Assembly (NCBI GenBank): GCA_012295275.1
Contig: CM022678.1
Span: 11,098,001-11,162,000 of the forward strand
From: Chrysomallon squamiferum
Taxonomy: Eukaryota; Animalia; Mollusca
Length of the DNA stretch: 64,000 nt
Direction: 5' to 3'
The translations under genes were made by a program, and so were the position numbers. Below, one piece after another: positions 15,346 through 28,980 of this stretch (positions are counted from its first letter, which is position 1; the number at the start of each line of letters is the position of its first letter). Under the pieces are notes generated by a model. It did not search any database. It had not been told where the DNA came from and saw only the letters and a program-made list of their open reading frames with translations.

Positions 15346-16114
15346 ATGATAGCAATAACAATAATATAAATAAAAAGACAAGTTCGCCTGCTTTGCGCAT
15401 TATCTTTGACGTAAAAGGAAATTTTTTGTATTTTTTATTTTTTAAATGTTCGTCGTTTACTGTTCAACTTCGCCAGCAAAAGCACAAGTACGAAACTATG
15501 TCACTCGTCTGACAGGCTTGAAAAACATTTAAATATCATTTCTTCACTTTCTGACATGAAAAAGAAGAAGAAACCGAAAAAGAAGATTTTGACGATGATG
15601 ATGAAGAAAAAAGCAAGGAGCAAGAAAGAAATAACTGGGTTTTTTTATTTCTTCTTGTATGTGTGCATATGTGTGTGTGTGTGTATCTGCGTGTGCGTAT
15701 GTATGTGGATGAATATGTAGTGTATGTGTATGCGTATGTATCCATGTATGTACGTGTGTATTTATGTATGTTTGTATGTATGAATTATGTGTATATGTAT
15801 ACTGAACTTTTTACCTTTATGATAACAATCAGAAAAGTTTTGAAAAGATCAGTGTATTTGTTTCATCAACTGGGGGGGTGTTGACACATTCAGCTGAGAA
15901 ATATGTTATCTTCAGATCCGTTTACACAGATAGAATGGAGATTAACGCTTTTCTGAGTAAAGGCGTTTTCACACAGACTGATTTATAATTTCTGCTGTCG
16001 TGTTATTAGTCAGAAAAAAAAAAAAAAAAAAAAAAAGAAGTAATTCATTTCGAGCAGCATTCCAGACATTTTTTTTTAATTTCTTCTTTTATTTATTGAT
16101 ATACGATTATTATT

Positions 16115-16146
<32 letters not shown>

Positions 16147-17346
16147 TGCTCCTTCCACATAATGGGCTACTTTATCCAAAACTCTTTTTTCCATAATTAT
16201 AAACACAGACAGAAATTTTGAAAAAAATCAATCATCGGTCAATGTTTGGAATGGGAAATATAGACTATCATCAAGGAAATTCGAACGTGAGAGTCAACTA
16301 AAAAGTAATTCAGTATTTCATAAATTGAGACAGTTATTATTAATGTCAAACATCGCACTTGCATGGAAATCGTTTCTGTAACTTGTTCAGTCTGAACGCA
16401 CCTTTAGATCAGCTGATCATGTTCGCACGCGCTACGGGATTATTACAGTAGCGCGTTAAAACGTAAAGACGTTAGTTCATTCATGTCAAGAACGATAACA
16501 ATGTTTGATTATCTGCTATTGACAGTAACACTCACTGTACGAGCGTTGGGCACGTGCGGGGGGGGGAACTGCAGATTTTATAACTTTTCTATTTACTTTT
16601 TTCATTTTTTCTTGACGTTTATAACTTAACTGCGTCGTTGATGTTTATATATGTTGCTGCTGATGTCTGTGTATGTATGTATGTTGTTGTTGTTGAGATG
16701 TTTTATATACACTGCTATTTATTGTTGACAAACTGATAAGTTATGGTTGCTGCTCTTTTACGTAAGATGAAAACACGTAAACACATATACACGCATATAT
16801 ACCTATACATGCACAGATTCACACAAGAACAGATGCATACACAAACTTACATACACACGTTGAATATTCCACATACACAAACAACACACACACACACACA
16901 CATACATACATCTAAACAAACAAACATAGACACACATACTCATATAGATAGATATGCTGGCGGACAGACTGATAGGTAAATGGACAGACAGAAAGAAGAT
17001 AGATAAATAAATATATAGTTAAGTAGAAGGGAGACAGACAGAGAGACAGGCGGATAAACAGATAGACAGAGAAACAGAGAGACAGGCGGATAAATAGACA
17101 GACAGACGGACTGTTAGAACTGATTGTATGATAGCGGTAACGGGATGTACAAAACGACTTCTTATTAACAGACAAATATTAACAATTATCTGTCGGAACT
17201 CGAGTCACGTGGTAGTTTTCGTTGAGTAAACCTCGCTGTATAAACAAATGTTTTACATTTCGAGAAAATAAAATAATATTAACAGCGCACGTGCTCCTGG
17301 CATCTGTGTTTCATTTCCTTTATAACCGCGCAAAAATAGTAGATCA

Positions 17347-17665
17347 CTTGTAAACTATTCTCTGTTGATAATTACCTGTAAACTACATTATACTGACAGT
17401 TACCTGTAAACTACATTATACTGACAGTTACTTGTAAACTACATTATACTGACAATTACGTGTAAACTACATTATACTGACAATTACGTGTAAACTACAT
17501 TATACTGACAATTGCTTGTAAACTACATTATACTGACAATAACTTGTAAACTGTATTATACTGACAATAACTTGTAAACTGTATTATACTGACAGTTACT
17601 TCCAAACTACTTTATACTGACAATTACTTGTAAACTACATTATACTAACAATTTCTTGTAAACAA
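17347..17665. repeat. Minisatellite, 28-bp unit (ttacttgtaaactacattatactgacaa), ~11 copies
   Basis: Period of 28 read directly (units start at 17372 and 17400). Confidence 0.95.
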
Positions 17666-18013
17666 TCTTATGATATAAAATATTGTAAGTTTATTTGTAA
17701 AGCACGTTACAAGAAAACCGTTACAAATAAAATAAGACCACCACTAAAGAATGTAACAGGGCGAGGTGTTTGTAAAACGATGTTAAGATGAATGTTTTTT
17801 TGTAAACTATTTTACAACCCAGACCACCAGTAAATCACGTTACAACGAAAGTTATTTGTAAAACTGTAAATCACAGTAGAATAAAGACTGCATGTAAACT
17901 AAATGAAGCTATTTTTAATATACAGCACAGACAACATTATAGTATAAGTTATACTTGTAAATCAAGCTACAACTGGCTGTTATAAACCATTTGTAATGCT
18001 ATTGCTAGAACAC

Positions 18014-18052
<39 letters not shown>

Positions 18053-18155
18053 CCACGAGAAAAAAAAAAAAAAATAATAAACACTACGTTAAAACGTTAT
18101 ACTAAAAAACAGCACGTGTATTACAACAAAAGAAAGTTTATACGGACACACTCAC

Positions 18156-18170
18156 CTGTAACGTAACCAT
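18156..18170 (-). CDS. Candidate distal alternative first coding exon (MVTLQ) of the type II membrane protein
   Basis: GAAA-ATG-G context, 5 codons, consensus donor CAG|GTGAGT, phase 0. An upstream GC/CpG-rich block (18440-18620) has a minus-strand TATAAAG near 18500. Confidence 0.5.
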
Positions 18171-18853
18171 TTTCAGCAGGTAAGTTTCCCAATTAACACA
18201 GGTAAATCCAGATATTATTACAATCCAGTTATTATAACCGTCTTGATTAACTTGTCTAATAAACGTATTTTCTTTCACCAGCCGATTTAGCTGCGACTTT
18301 TATTTACCGAAACATAAACACGACTAATTCCCAGTTCGCTGTCGTCTGCTACTATATATATAGATATATTTCAGATATATAAGTGTGTGTGTTTTTTTTT
18401 TCTTCTTCCTATTCAGTGGCAAGGTAAAGAAAAAGGTATTCATCCAATCGAAACGTGTGGAAAAGCAGACGACTGCCAGGTGAATAGAGCTACCTGGCTT
18501 TATAACGCAGACGATAATATTGCAAACGAGAACGTTCCACCTGACGAACTTTCTTAACAGGGCTGGCGGGATATGCTGACGAACGGGGGGGGTGGTGGAG
18601 TACACGAAGCAAAACAAGGTTGCTCTGATTTAGGTTGCTTTATGTTTTCTTATTTTTTTCTTTTTAAACTGTAACAGAAGCACACCTTGTGTTTAAGTTA
18701 AATAATATCTCGTGTTGTGTTTCATTATAAGACATCAATGTATTACTGTCAGAGACTTCTGTGAGGCTCTCTATGGGTGGGTGGAAGTGGAGTAAGAAAT
18801 AAATTTAATGACAGAAATGAAGTGCATGTTTATTATTGCTATTGCTGTTACTA

Positions 18854-18909
<56 letters not shown>

Positions 18910-18938
18910 GTTGTTGTTGTTGTTGTTGTTGCTGCTGG

Positions 18939-18971
<33 letters not shown>

Positions 18972-19371
18972 ATTTATGGGTTTTTTCTCACTCAGCATTT
19001 CTCAGTTATTATTTGTCACTCTGACCTTTTCTGTCTCTCCGCCTCTCTATCATTATCTGTCTGTCTATCTATCTGTATATCTATCTATCTACCTCTCTAT
19101 ATATCTATCGCTCTGGCTGTCTATCTATCTATCTGTCTATCTATCTGTCTGTCTGTCTATCTGTCTATCTCTAATTCTTTCCTCTTCTCTCTCACGCTTC
19201 TTCTCTCATTCTATCTGTATCTGTTTTTCTAGTTCTTCTATCGGTCTATCTCTCTACATATCTATCTGTATCTATGTATTTATCTACCTCTCTTTCTAAT
19301 CTCTAAAAACACACACACACACATACATATACACATATATACACACATATAAAAATATATGTATAGGTTTC

Positions 19372-19416
<45 letters not shown>

Positions 19417-19651
19417 TATATCTATGTCAGTCTGTCTGTCTCTCTATATTTATCCTTAACTACTTCAGACTACTTTCTGACGTAACAAACACAACTGAAA
19501 CACGATGACAAAAGACATGACCTTTAATTAAGTGGGTGGAAATCTTGCAGCAGAAAACGTCAAACAGCTCAAAGTTTTTTATATGTTTTTTTTTTCTTCT
19601 CTTTCAGAGAATAAATAGAACTGTCAAGCCTATTGCAAGTATTTAATATGA

Positions 19652-19694
<43 letters not shown>

Positions 19695-21909
19695 ATGTAA
19701 GCATGCATGTGTGTGTTTGTATATATGTATCTGTATGCATGTATGTGTGTTTGTATATGTATGTATCTGTGCATGTAGTTTAAGGTTTTGAATAGTCTCT
19801 GTCTTATGTCCTACATTTGTCTGATTAGACTGCACACAGACAATATTCGGGAACGCACTGGCGCAGGAGGACAAAGTCCAGTCACGACCTCACAAACCCG
19901 TCAGATGCCGCTGACGAGACTCGAACGTATGGCACCCATTCGCCCGCAAAAATATATATATAAATGCTTGTAATGTATTATGCAAATAGAGAGAAAAAAA
20001 AGTAAAGTAAATGGGATGAAAAGTATTTTTCTCAGATTAATAAAGAAGAATTTTTATCTGACAACGTTTCAAACGTTTTTCTCCATTGTTCGAGTACAGT
20101 TATTCTGTTGTCTTCTTGAATAGTTACAGTTAAGAACAAAGAAAGTTATGGTTCGTAAAACGTCCACTTTAACTAGTTAGTACAGGTTAAGAACAAAGTT
20201 ATGTCACAGTCAGTTTTACGTTGTCCACACCATCCACCTCGTCTACAGCCTCATGGAAACCCCCTAGGCGAGGTATTCACATCTACATTTGTGATGCAAA
20301 CGTCGACAACAAAAAAGGTGCACCTGAGTTTATGCTAATACCTGGGCAGGTAAGAATGATTATCGCAGAAAAGAAGCCCGATGTTTACCTCCACGACATT
20401 CCAAGCACTTCGATATAATAAAAAAAAATATATTAAAAAAAAAAAAAAAATGTAAAAAGAATTTCTGACATGCTTACAAATGTCTTTTCAGAACTCGGGT
20501 ATTAATTAATGGGGTGCGAGACATTCCCGGTGGTCAGTGAAGCGCCACCTATGACTTAAAAAGGTAAAAAGCCACGGAGAATGTCGCACATGCAGTTCTT
20601 TTCACAGACGTACAGGAACAAGGAGAAAAAGTCCCCGCTGAGATAAGGAAAGCTTGTTTAACAACAGCACACTGTGCGCAGGATTAGTCGCTTCGACTGA
20701 AGCCAGGGGCAGAGTTAGGAGTGTTTGTAAGTGGGTGTTTTATAAAGGAGATCTGTTAAGGAAATATCCATGTTATTTTTCTTTGGTAGAAGAGATAAAA
20801 CAAATTTCTGCGACATCACACCCAGTCCTATATCTGTATGCACACTGTTACATGTGTTTTCCTCAATGTCGACGAAGCATCATCCATTGATGTTATATGA
20901 CGTCATAATTTTGTGCACATATTTTTTCTTCCTCTTCTTCAGATTATCGTCATCATCATCATCATCATCATCGTCATTATTTCTGCTGTTGCTGTTTATT
21001 AATTTGTTTATTTATTTTTAATTATTTTTGTTTCCTGTTGGTGTTTTTTTCTTCTATAAATTAAATATAAAATTTGATTCCTCTCTTTTTTCTTTCTTTC
21101 TTTCTTTCTTTCTTTCTTTCGTTTTTCTTCTCAATTTTTCGTTTTTCTCTCTGGTCTTCTTTCGCATTATCACTGCTGTTGTTGTTCATGTCGTTGTTGT
21201 ATTATTTTCAGCATTTCTTTACTTAAACCAAGTATGTTAAATACAAACATATGCGGTAATAAACTTTCACTAAAGTCAAATGTGGCTGTAAAAAGTTGAT
21301 ATCATTTTTCCTGTTTATGACTAACGTCGCGTTTCTGTGTTTGTAAATCCAGATCGGATTACTTAATTCGTATTTGCAGTGAAAGTCAATATACATAAAC
21401 GTATTTAATATTCAAAATAACCAATACGTAAATGAATAACAACTCTAAGATGTAATGGTGATGATCTGAATATAACTTTTTCTAACAAAAATCTACCAAG
21501 TAAGAAATATATTATTAATTCTTGTAACAGTCTAGTCATCTGTGAATACTTTGTTTCCCCTTCTAACCTCATTATAATAAATGGTTTGCTGTCTGCGCAA
21601 AGTTTTTTTTCCAAGGATTGTCCTTTCTTATACAAAACATTAATTACATACGAATACATATAATTTATATGCACAAAGACAAACACACCCAAACACACAC
21701 AGAGACAAATAGATGTAGGTACGTAACTACATACATTCATACATGCATACATACATACATACATACATACATACATACATACATACATACATAGACTGAT
21801 AAATATATACAGATACATAGATAGAGAGACAGACAGACAGACAGACAGACAGGTAGATAGACAGATAGAATAATAATAATAATAATAAATATCTTATTAA
21901 AATATGCCT

Positions 21910-21947
<38 letters not shown>

Positions 21948-22074
21948 CAAGAAATGTAGAATTGCAGTCGCCGTGATTTAAAGGTTTGTTAGACTTTATT
22001 GTTAACACAGGTTGGTGACATTTATTACTGCTGTACGAAAAAAGTACCATTACGTTGTCATTATTAACAACCCC

Positions 22075-22325
22075 AGTGTTCTCTCACGTGGGTCATTTCG
22101 TCATCTAGCCAGTGCTCCACGTCTGCTTTGTCTTTCATGTGACGCATGTTTTCCTATCTATGGGGTGGTGTTCATAAAATATCTCTTACAGCTAACAGGT
22201 GACAGGAGTACGTAAAGTGAACTAAGGTTTCCTCTCGTGTACCATCCTTATATACAAAACATGTTCAGTAAGATTTATTTGAAACCAGACCTCTAATAAC
22301 AAAATATATGTTGACGATCATTAAA
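22075..22325 (+). mobile_element. Degenerate SINE body, resembling molluscan Meta/MESC-domain SINEs
   Basis: Ordered motifs agccagtgctccacg, tcctatctatggggtggtg, ataaaatatctcttacagctaa, ggtttcctctc and aaaatatatgttga match my recollection of that SINE core. Not database-checked. Confidence 0.55.
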
Positions 22326-22634
22326 CTGTTTATTGTAATCGCATAAAAGGCTTAGTATGGTCGCTTATTCACAAGGTGATATTTATAGGGAAAGGAAATA
22401 CCATACATTCCATGAACGTAAAAACGTGTAGGAATAATTCTATTTTCAGTTCACTCGATTAAAACAAAAAATTTAAAATTAAAATTATATATTAATCTAT
22501 ATATATTTTGTATTTGTTTCCTAATTTAACATACGGTTTCACAATTTGTACAATTAAACCCAAGAAACAAAAAGTACTAATAATATGATTACAAGAAATG
22601 TGATATGTACGTTGTCTTTATTAAACAATAATGT

Positions 22635-22691
<57 letters not shown>

Positions 22692-22875
22692 TAACTAAAT
22701 AAATAATTTAATTAATTCTTAAAAATACAACACTGAAGAAGCGAATGGTTTCTGGGTCGTTAGAGTTGTCTCCCTTCACTTTTAGTAGATTGGACTTAAA
22801 CTGAGCCTTCATTGCAACATATACAACAATAAAGACTTAATTCTGAGACATTTTTATTGTTATTTCCTAAAGTAC

Positions 22876-22908
<33 letters not shown>

Positions 22909-23478
22909 CCTGAAAGTGTAGTTTATTAGCAAACATCGAATATATATATACATCCTGTATATTTGGCTATAATGAAATCAAACCAGTCTTGGGGTAATGA
23001 CGTCACTGTAGTGCTTTAATCGTCTGCTACATGCAGCTAATTGTTGGCTGAATTTAAAACAAAATTAAGACGCCATTATCTTCACATTTATTCTCTAACG
23101 TACATCAGTAGTATGGGACAAGAAACTGATGTCACGTATACTTGTTATTTTATACAGAGAACAGCGCCTAGGCTCATTTTATAATAATAATAATAATAAT
23201 AATAAATAAAATAAAATAAAATAAATAAAAAATAAAAATAACATTATTAGTTTACAAAAACCGCTCCCACCTCTACCACTATAAAAACAAAAGAGAAAGA
23301 AATAAAAAAATAAAATCAAAATCAAGAGAATATATTTTATAAATATGGTTATCCACTACAATTCACTACTTGTTATAATCTTAACTAGATCAATCAAATA
23401 GGACTGGCACAAAGTGAACACATGAATAGTGCATCATATACTTTCAACAGGACAGTTTCAAATCTTCATAATGTAAGA

Positions 23479-23518
<40 letters not shown>

Positions 23519-23814
23519 CAACACATCAAAAAAAATGTTTTTTATTTTTATTTTATTTCAGTGTTACCAAGAATACAACAAACATTTTAATTATCTTTCC
23601 AAGAACATAATTAACAACAGCTTCAAATGTGAACATTAATCTGAAGTGAAAAATTAACACAAATTAATAATTTCATTTCTTTTATATTCCAACAACAAAC
23701 AGTCACCTTTACTCAGTCTGTGACAAAAAAGATTACTGCATACAGATCAAAGTTACTATCATTGTAAATAATACCTCACATTTTTCTTGATTAAAAATAA
23801 TTTAATTCAAAGTA

Positions 23815-24420
23815 TAGCGGTAACCCAAATGAGTATTTTAACCATATAAGTATTTTTAATACAGAATTGTAACCCAAATATAACAATATTTTAAACGTAC
23901 ACCTGTTACCCCAAAAGTATTAGTATTTTTTAACACAACTGCAATCCAAAATAACATTACCTTACACATACAGATGTAACTGAAAAATAGCATTATTATT
24001 AACATAGCAGTAACCTGAAAATAACAGTATTATGAAGCCCCCCAAAAATATGTTTTTGAACCTCTGAAAGATGTTTTTATGGCATTCAGCTGCAATCTTA
24101 AATTAATAATATTTTTAAAAGCTGAAGCCCAAAAATCTGTTTTTTAAGCCTCTAAAAGATGTTTTTAAAGCATTCAGCTGTAATCTTAAATTAATATTAT
24201 TTTTAAAAGCTGAATTAATAATTTTTTTCTAAAGATGTTTTTAAAGCATGCAGCTGTAATCTTAAATTAATAATCATTTTGAATATAGCTGTAAGCCAGA
24301 AATAACAATATTTTCAACATGTAACCCAAAATAATATTTTGTACAGTTTGACTATAACCTAAAAAGGCCTCTGAACATAATATTTTGTAGTTTGTCTATA
24401 ACCTAACAAGGCCTCTGAAC
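23815..24420. repeat. Degenerate tandem repeats in the TMEM60 3' region (gtaacccaaaataa-type units, ~90-bp units at 24033-24280, 44-46-bp duplication at 24331-24420)
   Basis: Repeated blocks such as aagatgtttttaaagcattcagctgtaatcttaaattaata (3 copies) read directly. Confidence 0.75.
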
Positions 24421-24779
24421 ACGTCGATGCAGGCCCCAGTGGTGAGCAGCCAGAAAGGAATCATGATGATGTACAAGGAGATGAAGGTGAAATACTCCCA
24501 CCTCAGACACAGCATCACCTGGAACGCCAGCTTCAGCACCACTGACGCCATGAACCACAGCTTGCGCGGCATCGACAGGTCGTTGCGGTCGTAGCCATTC
24601 TTGCAGTGCACGATCATGTTGACGGTGATGTAGATGATGACGACCGCGTCGAAGAGCCAGAGGGGCGTGAAGATGAGGAACCAGTTCCAGAGGACTTTGT
24701 TGTCGAGTCGCAGGACGAGGAGAATGAGGAAGACGAGGACGGTGAACCAGGTGAAGAGAGCTCTGTGCATGACAGCCAT
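24396..24779 (-). CDS. TMEM60: Transmembrane protein 60 (TMEM60/Tmemb_185A family), 127 aa, single coding exon
   Basis: Motifs LFTWF..LVFLILLVLRLD, WNWFLIFTPLWLFD, CKNGYD, LKLAFQVMLC and IPFW align with vertebrate TMEM60. Strong AAA-ATG-G context, high GC3, four hydrophobic segments. Confidence 0.95.
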   Translation of the reverse strand: MAVMHRALFTWFTVLVFLILLVLRLDNKVLWNWFLIFTPLWLFDAVVIIYITVNMIVHCKNGYDRNDLSMPRKLWFMASVVLKLAFQVMLCLRWEYFTFISLYIIMIPFWLLTTGACIDVFRGLVRL

Positions 24780-25968
24780 TTTGTGTCACCCTGTACTCAC
24801 TGTCACTTTACTCACAAAGTTCAGTTTGTACTCACTGATGTCACGTTACTCATTGATGTCTCTTTACTCATTGATAATTTGACGTTACTCACAGATGTCT
24901 CAATTTACTTAAAGATGATATCATTTTCCTTATTGATAATATCAGTTCTCTGAAAATACTGTCACACTGTCCTGCTAGAACTCCAGCTGTCTCCAAAAAT
25001 AAATCTCTTACTTTCAACCTCAAATTATCTCCCCTAGATAGTGTCACACTCAACTTGAAGATAATGTAGCCTTTACCTCCTAGATGTCAAACTATTCCCT
25101 TGATTAGTTAATGTTGTTAATGTTAATTCCTTTATGTTAATATTGCCCTTACGTTTTCCTTGCAGACTTTTTGAAATATAAATATGCCACTATATTGGTG
25201 AAAACTAAAATTTAAAAAAATGATATTCTTTCAATGTTTTTCCAGTCTAAATATATTTACATCTTAGTACATTTCATGGAAAAATATCTGTTTCTAGTGT
25301 ACCTTGGCAACTCGAAAATAAAATCTAGCACTCATCAATGTCTTTTAAATTAATCACAATCTACAGTTTGTTCAAATACTTTCTTAATAGTCAACTGTTA
25401 CACAAAAAATATCTCTCTACATTTAAAACAATACTAATTCCAGCCTACCGCAGTTTACTATCTTTCTACATCCAAACTAATAACTAATAACTGTGACAGA
25501 CATGTTAAATCCTTCACACATAATAAAAATAAAATAATAATAATAATAATAATAAATGTCAGCTAGTTTAAGGTCTTTTATAATCAGAAAGTGAGAAAGA
25601 AGATTTCTAGGTTTATTAGGAAACCTGTGAAATCATTTTTTCTTTTTCAAGCTCTTTGTTACAACAGTCGGAGTTTCTCCTTTCTTTGGATCTTTGTCCT
25701 CACATAGTTTATGAAATCTTTCCAAAATTTCTATTGTTGACAAGTTTTGTGTTTTAAACAGCAGCTTGTGCCCATCAACTATAAATAAACAGCAGATATA
25801 TAAATGAATGCATCCCTGATTCATGAAATACTTACACATTTTAGCACTGATGGTTACTAAGAAGGAATAAATTACATTTAACAAACAAAATGTACTAATT
25901 AACAAAACAAATGTAAATAAAGTTAAATATTATTGTCCAAATGATTAATGTTTGTATCAATCAAGAAA

Positions 25969-26014
<46 letters not shown>

Positions 26015-26183
26015 AACATCATACTTACTAAATCCCACATTTATTGTGGGTTCAGTTCTGTCTGATTTCACATCAACTTTGACACTGACGTTCTGATTTG
26101 TTGCTAAAACTCTTGGAAAATGCAGCTGATACAGAACCTCTCTGAATTAATTTAATAAAATATAATTAATTAGTTTAATATTC

Positions 26184-26271
<88 letters not shown>

Positions 26272-26569
26272 GCTGATATTTATATATAGTTTTAATTTGT
26301 TTCTCCAACAAACATCACATGCAATTGGTTTGTTATTAAAGAAAAAAAAAATTCTCATGACAGTTAAATCAAGAAGGATATGTATTAAACTGATATCTTA
26401 TTTTATTCATTTAAAAACGCAGACGATCCCGATACAAATAGTAATAACAAAAATATTACAAGGCTACGTGATGTCAGTACATTTTCAATGTCGTTTGTGT
26501 ATGGTGTGCAGTTACAAAAACGTCTCTAGATTACTATTTCACAACACTGATAAATAACTGCATGTATAC

Positions 26570-26760
26570 CTTATTGATCTAACGTTTTCTGAAAAAGGAT
26601 CAAATGAAAATTTCACTTGTTTGACCGCTCTTAGCTGAAGTGTATTAATCAGTTTCGATATTTTACTGTGAGCCATGCCTAGTGTAGTCACGTGATCACA
26701 TCTATATAACAAAATTTGTCATTGGTCGGAAAAACATTCGCATCAGAATTCGGACAAGAA
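26570..26760 (-). promoter_or_regulatory. Candidate TMEM60 non-coding first exon and promoter
   Basis: Minus-strand donor AAG|GTATAC at 26570/26569, palindromic E-box TCACGTGA at 26688, minus-strand CCAAT at 26721, local CpG enrichment. Possible acceptor TATTTTCAG at 24950. Confidence 0.4.
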
Positions 26761-27203
26761 CGGAGAAACACGGATTCATAAAAATGAACAAACTGGAAGA
26801 CACTTTTAATAAACTAAGTAAAAGCTCACAGATTTTTATTAATAAAAATGTGATGATGAATGTGTATCTGTATGTATGGAGTTGTTCTACATTTGTTTTT
26901 GCTTATATTTATTGCGTTAATCGTTTATATATATATTTTTTTATTAAAATAATAATCTTGTTTTATATTATATTTAAATTTTTAATTGCATAAAGAAATT
27001 AATGGAATAAAAACTGAATACAATAAAAACTGAAAACAATGAAGCAAACAAACAAACAAACAATAACATAAACAAATAAACAAATAAATAAAGAATTAAA
27101 ATAAATAACAACCAGCTGACATTTGTTATTCTAACAAAACAACACAACACATTATAATTATAAATAAAATGTTAATGTCTGACCTATAATTAAAAAATTA
27201 TTT

Positions 27204-27234
<31 letters not shown>

Positions 27235-27463
27235 GTTATTTATTTATTATTTGCGCGTATGTGTGGACACAAATCTCCGTCTCTGATGTTGTCATAACTA
27301 TAGACTGTTCTTGATGATGTGTAAATATTCGAGCGTTGCTCAGGAACGTGACGTAAAGCTCTATTACGTCACACTACAAGGTAACTGAAGATAAGAACAT
27401 AGGAAATGAAAAGAAAACAACCTGGTAGTAAGTACATTTATTCAGTAAGCTCAATATAAGAAC

Positions 27464-27512
<49 letters not shown>

Positions 27513-27644
27513 CTTTTTTTGTGTGTGGAGGGGTTGAGGGTCAGTTAAAAGCTAAAAGATAGATTTGGTTTAATTTCGCAATATATTAAATGAGTAGATA
27601 TAAATTAAATATGGGGTGAAAAAGAAAAGAAAGGAAGAAAGATA

Positions 27645-27683
<39 letters not shown>

Positions 27684-28086
27684 ATGATACCCATATATAT
27701 CATCATCATTATCACCGGTATGTACCCTTTTGTTGTTGTTGTTATTGTTATTTATAAATATATTAGTAACTATTAAAGCTTTTAAAATAACAACAACAAG
27801 AAAAATAGAATATTATTTATTTTCATTAAATTTTTTAAACCTATGTCTCTTTATTACAAAGCAATATATAATTGTGTTCTATTTCAAATATAATGTCAAG
27901 GGAAACATTTGCCAGTTCGTATTTCTGGAAAGTTTTATTGCTTTAGAATTTTTTTTTTTTTTTTTCTTCTTTTTCACAAATTATTTTTACAATGAAACCG
28001 TAAAATTGATGGTTATCAATGGCCAACATATTAATGAAAAAACCACCTAATTTATTATTATTGTTGTTGTTGTTGTTGTTGTTATC

Positions 28087-28164
<78 letters not shown>

Positions 28165-28639
28165 AGTAATTAAAATTATTATATTAATATTTAACTATTT
28201 TTTATTTATTATTAACTTCACAAGTAAGTAAATCGAAATTGTCTTCATATATAAATGTTATATTAATACTGAATATGTTATATGTTATATATGTGTGTAT
28301 GTTGTGCATATATGTGAGTATATGTTTATGATTTGTTACGTTTCAAAAAATGTACTTCTTTGGATATAAAATTAATTTTAAAAGATTGTAAGCATGATTG
28401 TTTTTATTTCATTAAAATGAATTAGATTTTTTAAAAGTATATTTTACTCTTTCAGTTATTACAAAAATGAAGAAAGGGTTACTCGGTATTAAAAAGGTAA
28501 ATTATTAATAAAATTAATATCGTTCCGAGTTTGTGGTTTAAATTCCAGACTGGTTGTCTACGCAATCTGACATCAGTATTGAAACAACAAGACAATAGCT
28601 CTACATTTTACAAAACCAGTCTAACGACAGGTGGTAAAG

Positions 28640-28980
28640 AAAGGAAATCGATTTAACCAATGGTAGAAGTTCTTTATTCTCTCTATGGATGTTTTTACAT
28701 CGATATTGTCGTCTTGTCGAAAACATTTTAATTTAGACTTTTTGTGGGAAAGTGTTGGTAGCCTGCGAAATCACACTGTAAGTTCGTACCCAGCAGTATA
28801 TTTATAGTCCAATCCAGAACTTTAACCTAAAATATCAAATACTGTTTTCTGTGACTGACGGTTTCTTTACATTTTATGTGGTGTCAACAAAAACTGTCCG
28901 CCATTTTTGACCCGATAAAACGAGGAAACTTACCAATAAATCTGTTTAATAACATCTAAACGAACGCCATTTCTTTTGAT
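28640..28980 (+). promoter_or_regulatory. Candidate CLK promoter and non-coding exon 1 (ending at 28777)
   Basis: CCAAT at 28657, donor ACT|GTAAGT at 28777/28778, YY1-like CCGCCATTTT at 28898 and CGCCATTT at 28965, CpG-rich. Splicing to 30692 gives ACT|ATG, with A at -3. Confidence 0.55.

Noticed and set aside
19880-19950. Minus-strand B-box-like GTTCGAGTCTC resembling a tRNA 3' half
   Set aside because: No A box, D arm or acceptor-stem partner found; at most a SINE head relic.
24403-24953. Alternative-frame and antisense ORFs overlapping TMEM60
   Set aside because: The 128-aa same-strand ORF starts at GTG, not ATG. Open shadow frames are expected from the high GC3 of the real CDS.
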